From NCBI RefSeq assembly GCF_001936615.1, contig NZ_MLBF01000025.1, positions 17,824 to 49,823 of the forward strand: 32,000 bases of DNA, in the 5' to 3' direction. How positions within the stretch are numbered: the stretch's first letter is position 1; each line of letters starts with the position of its first letter. Position numbers and translations under genes: made by a program. Origin of the DNA: Desulfosporosinus metallidurans. Lineage in GTDB: Bacteria; Bacillota; Desulfitobacteriia; Desulfitobacteriales; Desulfitobacteriaceae. The notes below the pieces were generated by a model. It searched no databases. It was not told the origin of the DNA and worked only from the letters and a program-made list of their open reading frames with translations. Shown here one piece after another: positions 8,377 through 16,579 of the stretch.

Positions 8377-8940
8377 TTAACTGAATTTCCCCAATCCCTT
8401 TGTGCTTAGAGAAATCTTTTTTTTGACTTCGTCGATAGCAATTATCTCTGCCGGACAAATTTCTCCGACTTCAAATTCGGCATATATATCTCCAACGTAT
8501 CGATAGGCAATCTCAGAAATGTGTATCAGGCCCTGTATGGATTCATCAATGCCAGCAATGGCACCATAAGGCATGATATGAAGTATTTCTACATTGATGA
8601 TGTCACCAACAAAGTGCCGACCGCTATTGCTCAGAAAACTGTCGATATCCTCGTCAGCATCTTCCGGTTCGGATATGGCTTCAGGCTGAAAAATGTCAAG
8701 CTCACTAATGTCTTTTGCGGGTTGTCGATCTTTTAAGGCTTTTTCAAGCTCATCCTGCCTTCGGTTTACTTGCGATACAAAAGGATCTTTTAACCCAGAG
8801 TTTCTTAACCACGCGCATATTTCCAATCCATATTCAACTTTATCCGATGATTTTTCGTATTTGCTTAAGTTATAACATAATTTTAACGTTTGTACCAAAG
8901 CAACCCTGACATTGTGGAAAAGGGCCGCTTTCCCTTTCAA
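8377..8940 (-). CDS. S1 (OB-fold) nucleic-acid-binding domain protein; possibly a -1-frame extension of the upstream tnsD-like gene
   Basis: The C-terminal ~75 aa, VGDIINVEILHIMPYGAIAGIDESIQGLIHISEIA...KKISLSTK, match the S1 domain pattern. The only start is a TTG with no SD, overlapping the upstream stop (TTGA). Confidence 0.6.
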   Translation of the reverse strand: MKGKAALFHNVRVALVQTLKLCYNLSKYEKSSDKVEYGLEICAWLRNSGLKDPFVSQVNRRQDELEKALKDRQPAKDISELDIFQPEAISEPEDADEDIDSFLSNSGRHFVGDIINVEILHIMPYGAIAGIDESIQGLIHISEIAYRYVGDIYAEFEVGEICPAEIIAIDEVKKKISLSTKGLGKFS

Positions 8941-10058
8941 GAAAGGGGTGCGTTTTTTATGAAGTCGAACAGTTCTTTCCCATATTCATTAAATGTCATG
9001 CGATATTGCTGCTTTCTGAGTTTTTCTTCTTCATATTTCCTATACAGAATATCGAAGTTGATACAGTAACCGGTACCGAGAGCAAAAAAAGTAAGATAAT
9101 CGTTAGATGTTTTTTTATGGCTGCCTTTTGCGAAAAATTCCCTGATTGTATTTACAGCTTTTTCTTTTTCCAGCACCTCTTGAGACCATAACAAATAAAC
9201 ATAGAGAGTATAAATGTCGGAATCGTGAATAAAGAAATGTATATATTCTTCTATGACACTAATTGCAGCAACAGGATTTAGCCTTGAGTTTGATAGGTAA
9301 TCAGATAATCGCTTGAGTGCGCTTTTACGAAGATTGTACGAACACTTAGAGTTATTTAAGACACGACGATATTTCTCGACAGTCTCTTTTTCGTTGCTAA
9401 ACGCACGGCTTTTGTCAGCCTGAGTGAGCATGGCCTCTAATATATCACCCTCAATATCTTTCCCTCCGATGCTATTCAATAAATTTCTGACCGTATCCCG
9501 GAAATCTTGAGGATATTCGTTATATCTGGCCGTCATCATCTGGAGTAACTCTGCCGAGTAAACACGACCATAAACATCGTTGTTTCGTTCGATTACCTTT
9601 TGGTTGATGACTTCGTCAATGCTTGCCTCGAACTGATCTTTTTCCGGTATGACTTTTCCAAGAACATATTCCAATACGTCAAAATTGAACCGCAAATCGT
9701 TGTCTACCAGAATAGATATGGTTGCAAACAGATATTGTGCATTTGGACTTAGATAATTGAATATTCGCCCATATAAAAATTCCCGAGCGTCCTCGCTTGT
9801 TCTTATTCCTTCGATGAGGTCTTTTAAGAAATCCAATATAGAGCGTTTCTTCGCCGATTCGAATGTATAGTTAGCCTTCTGCTCAATCATCTTACGCTGC
9901 CTTGGTTTAACCATTAGTTCCTCGAAAACATGGTCGGGGGTTACGTTATAAAGGTAGCTCTCTAATATTATTGCGGCTACTCGCCAACCAATGGATACAA
10001 CCGTTTTTTGTTCTTGTTTATTTCCTTCGGATTCTGATCCTGTTTGGGAATAAATCAT
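8937..10058 (-). CDS. C-terminal portion of a TnsD-like protein (the listed ATG is internal; the frame is open upstream to 10139)
   Basis: Upstream of the listed Met the same frame reads ...KKTQYFFGEFTCPSCGMIYSQTG. The Met therefore lies inside a CxxC zinc-ribbon motif expected after the GPWSC..YCP motif of the preceding ORF. Confidence 0.7.
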   Translation of the reverse strand: MIYSQTGSESEGNKQEQKTVVSIGWRVAAIILESYLYNVTPDHVFEELMVKPRQRKMIEQKANYTFESAKKRSILDFLKDLIEGIRTSEDAREFLYGRIFNYLSPNAQYLFATISILVDNDLRFNFDVLEYVLGKVIPEKDQFEASIDEVINQKVIERNNDVYGRVYSAELLQMMTARYNEYPQDFRDTVRNLLNSIGGKDIEGDILEAMLTQADKSRAFSNEKETVEKYRRVLNNSKCSYNLRKSALKRLSDYLSNSRLNPVAAISVIEEYIHFFIHDSDIYTLYVYLLWSQEVLEKEKAVNTIREFFAKGSHKKTSNDYLTFFALGTGYCINFDILYRKYEEEKLRKQQYRMTFNEYGKELFDFIKNAPLS

Positions 10059-11158
10059 GCCACAGCTAGGACAAGTAAACTCTCCAAAAAAATATTGAGT
10101 TTTTTTGTTAAAACTACTTTTATACCCTGTATAACAAATCTATTATAGTCAGGGCAGTAAGTATTTTTACACGACCAAGGACCCGCACCGAAAGGTGAGG
10201 TAGTAAATTCACTAGATATAAAACCTTTGACGGATTGGGATAGATACTCCATGCCCAAAATATGTAATAGTTGATTTTTTGGACGCCCATTGAAATTCAG
10301 CACTTTTAAAGCAGTCCTATTTGACAGATAAATGGAATCAAGGCCTACAGTCTGTAACATTTCCTCGCTAAATAAACCTAAAAATCCTTTTGAAAACTTT
10401 GTATTTATGAACATCCCTTGGGATGCCAGGTACCCTTTATGTGAATATAATCTGAGCATTTTTTCTTTAAATATTTCAACGTTTAATTTGTCCACATTGT
10501 CAATAACAAATTTAACATCCCTTGCCAGTTGCTCGTTAAACAATTGAATCTGCGTGGGCGATTCTACTTCTACTCTGCGACCATCTCCTAGATAGTGCCC
10601 ACATGAACAAGTAGGTTCCATCAAAATAAATCGTCCAAAGCTATCTGACAATGGTGCACCACATTTGGGACAATGGGTTACTAGGTTAAAGCGATGAACT
10701 GGGCAAACAGTTACAAAATTGTACTGATGAACCCTATGTATATAACATTCCCTAAATCTTTCAAAGTCTTCTATTAAACAAGTTGGACAATAACGAACAA
10801 GGGTGGAGACTATTGGCGACAACAATCGAGTACCAATCTCCGATCTATCACTTGCACACCTAAATTCTACTAGGATCTTTTCGCGTTCATCGAGTGAAAG
10901 AAACGGAAGAAACAGCGCTAATAACGTGTGATTCGCTATGAAATAATCCGTAGTAAGAAAGAGTTTCTCAGGCAGCCTCTCAGCCAAATAATCTAAATTA
11001 CGAGGGAAATGCGCTAATCTATGGGTCTTAATATTAAAAAGTTCCTCAATTGTTTTTGTAATATTTAAGTTACCCGAACGAATGTGGTAACGATACGTCA
11101 AACTCCTGAAGTCTTCATCTTCATAAGGGGTAGGGAAAAAACCTAGTTCATTTTTCAT
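10055..11158 (-). CDS. tniQ: TniQ/TnsD-family transposition target-selector, N-terminal portion
   Basis: FFPTPYEDEDFRSLTYRYHIRSG, HTLLALFLPFLS..ERE, RYCPTCLIEDFERF and CPVHRFNLV run parallel to the Tn7 TnsD N-terminus as I recall it (FPVPYSNELIYSTIARAG.., EHTLFPLYAPFVGKERRD, RYCPDCV.., CPKHGALV). GPWSCKNTYCPDYN follows later. Confidence 0.85.
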   Translation of the reverse strand: MKNELGFFPTPYEDEDFRSLTYRYHIRSGNLNITKTIEELFNIKTHRLAHFPRNLDYLAERLPEKLFLTTDYFIANHTLLALFLPFLSLDEREKILVEFRCASDRSEIGTRLLSPIVSTLVRYCPTCLIEDFERFRECYIHRVHQYNFVTVCPVHRFNLVTHCPKCGAPLSDSFGRFILMEPTCSCGHYLGDGRRVEVESPTQIQLFNEQLARDVKFVIDNVDKLNVEIFKEKMLRLYSHKGYLASQGMFINTKFSKGFLGLFSEEMLQTVGLDSIYLSNRTALKVLNFNGRPKNQLLHILGMEYLSQSVKGFISSEFTTSPFGAGPWSCKNTYCPDYNRFVIQGIKVVLTKKLNIFLESLLVLAVA

Positions 11159-11340
11159 ATTTATAGATTACCCATAATGATTTAGAACAATTCAGAGGGA
11201 TTGGGAAATTCTAGTGGACACCCATCCATCAACATTCCCTCAAAGCCGCCGGGTTGTGCCAGTAATTAAACCTATACCTTTCAATTGATTACAATATGGA
11301 GAACAATCGGGTAAAGGAAGTAAGTCAGACCACCTTATAC

Positions 11341-14300
11341 CTAATCAATAAAAAACATTGTTTGAAAGGGAACCTCGTAAACAACCCTCTTCCCTTCCAT
11401 TCGGTATACATAAACACGTTCTCTAATCGTACGATAGTCCTGTTCAATCAAATCCTTAGTTAGCTCATCTTCATTAGTTGTTAAAATGACATATCTACTG
11501 ACTCCCTCAGTATCTTCGCTTATAAAATCAATCAAACCATAGGCATCCATCATCTTTTGATAAAGCCTTCCATGGTGATCCTCATAATCCTTGATGATGC
11601 TTTCATAATCGTTTGGAATTAGACGACTATAGAGCGAATCCTCAGGAACTTGTACCTTAAATTGAGCCACTTTTTTCACGGGTCGTAATTGTATGCTGCG
11701 CTCTCGTTCGATTTCTTCAAGCCTTTCATTGCGACGCTCTTCGAGTTCTTCAACCTGACTGATTGTTTGGTTAATTAAAGCACTATTCCTATGATCGACA
11801 TCCTCCGCTTGATATTTTTGCAAACGCTCGTAAAGTGTTGTCATCTGGGTATCAAAAGAACGTCTTAGGAATTGACTTTTCCGATTCAGTAACTCTTCTC
11901 GACCAAGACGCATCGAGATCAACTGTAGACGCGCTTGTTTAATAACTTCCCCCTTAAATGTTCCATCTTCCAAACCAACTATCTCTGCGCCCCCCATCGT
12001 ATCACTAAACAACCAATAGGGAGACAAACGGATATAGTCACCATTGGCTCGTTTCGCTAGCAAGAGCAAGCTGCGTTCCAATTCTCGGCCTTGACCATTA
12101 ACAAAACTAATTTCATTCAACTCTACAATAAGAGATTCGCTCGCTTTAAACCGTATACTACAGGCCGGAATCGATGTTCGCTGTACATCCTGCTCGGCAT
12201 AGGCTAGGGCGAGCTTATAGAGAGGATGATCGTTTTGCAAAAGCAACAAATCTTTTGACTCTTTATCTTCCTTGACCGTAAACCGATAAGCTCCTTCGTC
12301 GTTAAAAATAATCTTATTTTTTCTTCCGAATTCTCGGACAGATTTTGGGATGCGATCCGTACGAATGATGGACCTATCCGCTGATATATTCAACTTCAGA
12401 CGTGTGGACTGTAATTGTTCTAAGGCAAACTGTCCGTAAACACGTGCAGGCATACTTTCCAGGGATAACTCATTGTATGAACGCCTCACACCGGGGAAAT
12501 CAAAACTTTGATCATCGAGCCGCTCTTCTCGAGCTTGTTCCAGTAGACGTCGATGCTCTTCTGATAAACGTTTTTCCATCTGAGCGATCAGATCATCCAG
12601 ATTTTCACGACCTGAAATGGCCCCTTCCATGAGGCTTGCCAGATCAATTTCCTCTTCTTCCAGAACTTCGCCTATGAAATCATAGACAAGCTCCTGACCT
12701 AGATCCACGCGCATCTGCTCAAGCTTCTCGAGTAAGCATCTCATGACTTCCCCTTCGCGAGTGTTCACCGCTACAAGGTTAAAGACAAAGACTTCATTCC
12801 TTTGACCAATCCGATGAATACGCCCCATTCGTTGTTCAAGTCTGTTTGGATTCCAAGGGACATCATAATTAATCATCTGATTACAAAATTGCAGGTTGAT
12901 TGATTCTCCACCAGCATCGGTTGCTAGCATGATCTGAACATCATTGCGGAACTTTTCAATCTCTTCTCGACGTCGATCCATAGAAAAGTCTCCGATAATT
13001 TTCGCCACCGTTGGTACCCGTTCAAGTAAGCGCTGTTCTAGATAATTCAGGGTATCTTTGGACTCCGAGAAAATGAGAATTTTTTCCCCTTTGGCCAAAA
13101 GGGCCTTTGGTCCAAACAAAGTGGATTCTAGCTCTAAATATTTTCGTTCGACTTCCAGTATCCGGACCCCATTGGCCTTCCGAATTAAACGCGTCAATTC
13201 ATCAATTTCCAACTGCAATTCATGGAGGTCAAGTGCATCAGTTTGACCCTCTGCTGCGCCCTCCAGTTCATCTTGTTCTTCGGCTGTGGCATTTTCATAA
13301 TCCTCGATGGAGAACGCCTGAACTTGCATTAATTCTTTTCCCAATGCCTCTTCGAGCCGTTCTTTCCTTCGTACTAAGGATAAGTAAATCGCCTCAATTG
13401 AAGAGCAAAGCCTGCGTTGCAAGAGCATCATCGCAAATACCGTACTATGATTGTTATTCTTTTTGGCCCGGTTAAAATGTTCACTGACATAAGCCGTGAC
13501 ATCGTTATATAACTCTAATTCATCCTTGGACAAATTAAAGGCTAAGGTTTGGGTGGTCCGTTTAGGAAATAAGGGGGTACCCTCAAAGGTGACCATGGAC
13601 TCCTTCAATCGTCGGATGATAAAGGGATTGCTTTTCTCATATAATGAGTCGCTAGTGTTGAGGTTGGAAAAAAGGTCATGGTCTATGAGGTTCATTAAGT
13701 GGCGAAAGTTCTCCTTATCACCCTTGTGCGGGGTAGCCGTCAACAGCAAACAATGTTCTATATCTCGCAACAGCACTTCCCCTAGCTGATACATCTTGGT
13801 TCGTTGTATTTTCCTCCTTTTTACCCCATGGGTGTAGGCCGCCATCTTATGCGCTTCATCTACAATGATCAGGTCAAACTTAGAACGGATCAGATAGTTC
13901 TTGACATCCTCACGCATTGCCCAGTAAAGGGAGGCCAGACATTTATCGTGTTGATCAAACGGATTCAGCACTCCGGATTCACGCAGTGTTGTGCGAGAAA
14001 TAATCTTGAACTCCTCGCCAAACTTCTCCTTTAACTCTTCTTGCCATTGAGGGAGCACCAGCGGTGGCACAAGAATCAGGATTCGCTCGACACTTTGCCT
14101 GGCCAATAATTCTCGAAGAAGCATCCCCGCCATAATTGTTTTCCCTGCGCCTGGATCATCCGCCAGCAAGAATCTCACTTGTGGGGTTTGCAACATGCGG
14201 CTATATACCGCTTCAATTTGATGGGGCAAGGGGATAATCCGTTGGTTCCCTCGCACCCTTGACTTAGAATAGCGTTCATCCACCTTGAGGACATGGTAGC

Positions 14301-14526
14301 GCAAGTAATGCACAATTCGATCCATGCTAAAAACACTATTAACGTTTTGTTGTAATGGCTCCAAGGACTCAATCTGTTGTAACTCCAAATAGGTTTCATA
14401 ATACTCTCTCGTCTGGCGACCAATGGCTTCTACTAAAAAGAGGGTCTGATCTATGGATTCACATTTCTTGATTTCTACGATCTCCGCCCAGTAGGGGCCT
14501 TGGATGATATCTCCAACTTTAATCAA
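11341..14526 (-). CDS. brxHII: SNF2-family (COG0553-type) helicase, BrxHII-like
   Basis: Motif I LLADDPGAGKT, motif II IIVDEAHKM, motif III LLLTATPHKG and motif VI QRMGRIHRIGQ. TTG start after GGGGGAAGG. Same strand as the BREX core and downstream of it. Confidence 0.8.
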   Translation of the reverse strand: MIKVGDIIQGPYWAEIVEIKKCESIDQTLFLVEAIGRQTREYYETYLELQQIESLEPLQQNVNSVFSMDRIVHYLRYHVLKVDERYSKSRVRGNQRIIPLPHQIEAVYSRMLQTPQVRFLLADDPGAGKTIMAGMLLRELLARQSVERILILVPPLVLPQWQEELKEKFGEEFKIISRTTLRESGVLNPFDQHDKCLASLYWAMREDVKNYLIRSKFDLIIVDEAHKMAAYTHGVKRRKIQRTKMYQLGEVLLRDIEHCLLLTATPHKGDKENFRHLMNLIDHDLFSNLNTSDSLYEKSNPFIIRRLKESMVTFEGTPLFPKRTTQTLAFNLSKDELELYNDVTAYVSEHFNRAKKNNNHSTVFAMMLLQRRLCSSIEAIYLSLVRRKERLEEALGKELMQVQAFSIEDYENATAEEQDELEGAAEGQTDALDLHELQLEIDELTRLIRKANGVRILEVERKYLELESTLFGPKALLAKGEKILIFSESKDTLNYLEQRLLERVPTVAKIIGDFSMDRRREEIEKFRNDVQIMLATDAGGESINLQFCNQMINYDVPWNPNRLEQRMGRIHRIGQRNEVFVFNLVAVNTREGEVMRCLLEKLEQMRVDLGQELVYDFIGEVLEEEEIDLASLMEGAISGRENLDDLIAQMEKRLSEEHRRLLEQAREERLDDQSFDFPGVRRSYNELSLESMPARVYGQFALEQLQSTRLKLNISADRSIIRTDRIPKSVREFGRKNKIIFNDEGAYRFTVKEDKESKDLLLLQNDHPLYKLALAYAEQDVQRTSIPACSIRFKASESLIVELNEISFVNGQGRELERSLLLLAKRANGDYIRLSPYWLFSDTMGGAEIVGLEDGTFKGEVIKQARLQLISMRLGREELLNRKSQFLRRSFDTQMTTLYERLQKYQAEDVDHRNSALINQTISQVEELEERRNERLEEIERERSIQLRPVKKVAQFKVQVPEDSLYSRLIPNDYESIIKDYEDHHGRLYQKMMDAYGLIDFISEDTEGVSRYVILTTNEDELTKDLIEQDYRTIRERVYVYRMEGKRVVYEVPFQTMFFID

Positions 14527-14660
14527 CGATCCTTCCCCCTAGTCACCACTGCAATTAGATTAAACTGCACCCTATTATCACCCCGAAACTCAAAGAATGC
14601 ATAATGTGCAACGAGCATCATAGCCTTCTTTTCACAAACGAATCTTTCATCCAGAGAGGA

Positions 14661-15272
14661 TTATGCATTATCTGCCTTCATACTGGCAGTGTAATAGTTA
14701 TGGCGGCGATGGCTTTCAATATTTTTAACAAAAACATTACAATTTAGCCAAGACAATTTCTTTTTAATTTTTTCACGCAAATTGGTCAAAATTGCCTTTT
14801 GAGGCCTTGTGTTTGATGCAAAATCTCCCTCTAAAAACAAAACAACTTTGATTTTGTTTGTTCCCAAAGATATATTATTCGTCATGATAAAATCAGAATA
14901 CTTCTTCAATACCCCACTATGAGTTTGTAATTGTGGCTGAGAATGTGCACCACACAAACATGCCAATGTCATCGCGACTTTTTTAGGAATTTCAATATCG
15001 AGGCTATCTCTGTCCTCAGTATCAACCATTGTGGCGGTTCTATCACGTTTACTGTTGTCCGTTGAAATGCGCCATAGATTTTCACCTTCGTGTCCAGCAC
15101 AATTTTTGACTTCTATTAGCATAAGAGTATCCTCCGATTTCAGAATGAAATCTACTCCCTTGCCGCCTGGCAAATTTTTAAAGTATTTTTTGTAATATCC
15201 AGTATCATCAAATTTATCTACGGTGAGATGATCGTCAAATTCAAAGACGATGCCGCTTTCATCAAACCTCAT
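14661..15272 (-). CDS. PD-(D/E)xK-type nuclease-fold protein (predicted), partner of the upstream ABC-type ATPase
   Basis: GKGVDFIL-(9 aa)-LMLIEVKN gives a D...ExK arrangement. I prefer the ATG at 15272 (AGAGG 7 nt upstream), which gives 203 aa. It overlaps the ATPase stop by 11 nt. Confidence 0.6.
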   Translation of the reverse strand: MRFDESGIVFEFDDHLTVDKFDDTGYYKKYFKNLPGGKGVDFILKSEDTLMLIEVKNCAGHEGENLWRISTDNSKRDRTATMVDTEDRDSLDIEIPKKVAMTLACLCGAHSQPQLQTHSGVLKKYSDFIMTNNISLGTNKIKVVLFLEGDFASNTRPQKAILTNLREKIKKKLSWLNCNVFVKNIESHRRHNYYTASMKADNA

Positions 15273-16332
15273 AGAATAACCTCTGTTCTCTATCATAAAG
15301 ATGATCAAATTCTTGCATAATAGCATTATGTTCTAAATCCAACAATGTAGGACCGGATTCGAAAAGGATATTATCATTTTCCTTATAAAATGAAATGAAT
15401 TTTACATCAATATTTTCTAGCATGGGCTGGTTTGGCTTATACTCAGAAATCATGGAAAAGCACTGCTGTAGGAAGTAATCATGAGTCGCAATAAAAACTT
15501 GAACGCCCATGTTTGCCAGTACTACTAAAGCTTGTACTATTGGTTCTATCATTTTGGGGTTCATATTTGTCTCAGGTTCATCCCAAAAAAGAACTGAGTT
15601 TTTGTTTAAACTTCCGGAGAGGATCAAATATATAATAGTTGATAGCTTACGATATCCTTCGGAAACTAACCCCATTTCAAACTCGCCTTGACCATCTACT
15701 CTAAGGTAAAATTTCTTGCCTTTTTGAATTATCGATCCATTGATTATATTATTAAAGCTCTCCAATACTTTGTTTTGCTCAGCCGTATTGGGTCCCCTCT
15801 TTAAAGGCCTATCAAGTAGAAGAGCCAAATCATAATAAGTTTCTTCAAAAGCAATACGGTATTCGTAGTATAGAGCAGTGAAATTCTCTGTAGCCGAGAT
15901 TATTTCTTTAGGCGGAAGATATATTGGCTCAACAGATTTCACAAATCCTCTTAAGAGTTGATTGATATCCAGATGCTTTTCTTGATTTGAACTAAAACCA
16001 AACTCAAGTTTCGTATTTTCGTTGACTGTTATTGCTATATTAGTGCTTTTGCTTCCCTGAATGCGTCTTACTAAACGTCCAATTTTATCATCATCCGGTC
16101 TAAAAACACCTTGAAGCTTTGAAACTAGAAGCTCTTCATTCTGTTCCTTTGTTAACTCTGACTTAGCTTTGTTGGCATTGCTAATTGACTTAGTTGCCGA
16201 ATACAACAGTTTTAACATGGCCGTCTTACCAGTGCTGTTTTCACCGCTAATAATATTAATATTCTTAGAAAAATCGATATTAAGGGAATTGAAAAGCATG
16301 AAATCATTAAGAACTAATTTGCTAATATACAT
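15262..16332 (-). CDS. ABC-type/AAA_21-like ATPase (the Septu PtuA / PARIS AriA class of ATPase)
   Basis: Walker A ISGENSTGKT, signature-like VSEGYRKLS, Walker B/D-loop VLFWDEPETNMNP and H-loop IATHD. The N-terminus MYISKLVLNDF is typical for this class. I prefer the ATG at 16332 (GAGGTG 6 nt upstream) over 16356. Confidence 0.8.
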   Translation of the reverse strand: MYISKLVLNDFMLFNSLNIDFSKNINIISGENSTGKTAMLKLLYSATKSISNANKAKSELTKEQNEELLVSKLQGVFRPDDDKIGRLVRRIQGSKSTNIAITVNENTKLEFGFSSNQEKHLDINQLLRGFVKSVEPIYLPPKEIISATENFTALYYEYRIAFEETYYDLALLLDRPLKRGPNTAEQNKVLESFNNIINGSIIQKGKKFYLRVDGQGEFEMGLVSEGYRKLSTIIYLILSGSLNKNSVLFWDEPETNMNPKMIEPIVQALVVLANMGVQVFIATHDYFLQQCFSMISEYKPNQPMLENIDVKFISFYKENDNILFESGPTLLDLEHNAIMQEFDHLYDREQRLFYEV

Positions 16333-16441
16333 TTCCCACACCTCTTCCTTATTCATAGATTATTCCCTAATTTTTCAGATTTGATAATGGAGCAAACATC
16401 CTGCATGAATTTCACCTTAACAGCACGCAGATATTACCATT

Positions 16442-16470
16442 ATTATACAGATCATATTACAACCCTGCAA
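16442..16470 (-). promoter_or_regulatory. Near-consensus sigma-A-type promoter: TTGCAG - 17 nt - TATAAT
   Basis: In minus sense the -35 is at 16470-16465 and the -10 at 16447-16442. It lies in the 223-nt gap after the pglZ stop, about 110 nt upstream of the ATPase start. Confidence 0.5.
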
Positions 16471-16579
16471 TCGAATCTGATGAAAATCAAAATTTTACGG
16501 AGGACCTTCTTTATATTGAAAGCCAATATGCTTTCGCTTTCATTTAATTCAGATCTACAATCCGTCCCCCTATCCACTT

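Noticed and set aside
8240-8458. 72-aa minus-strand ORF overlapping the end of the S1-domain ORF
   Set aside because: It lies out of frame inside the S1 domain coding region for its first 28 codons and has no RBS. Only the distal 44 codons are non-overlapping, and these are mentioned under the 3' tail finding.
8937-10058. 373-aa ORF considered as an independent TPR/STAND-like sensor protein translationally coupled (ATGA) to tniQ
   Set aside because: Its frame stays open upstream of the ATG and encodes the second half of a zinc ribbon (FTCPSCG-M-IY). It is therefore the C-terminal part of the tnsD-like gene, not a separate protein.
5685-16356. The two ATPases (ClpB-like at 5685-6836, ABC-type at 15262-16332) considered as the missing TnsC, and other ORFs considered as TnsA/TnsB
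   Set aside because: The motif layouts are ClpB-D2-like and ABC/AAA_21-like respectively, not TnsC-like. No ORF shows a DDE transposase pattern. Gene order and partners do not fit a tnsABC operon.
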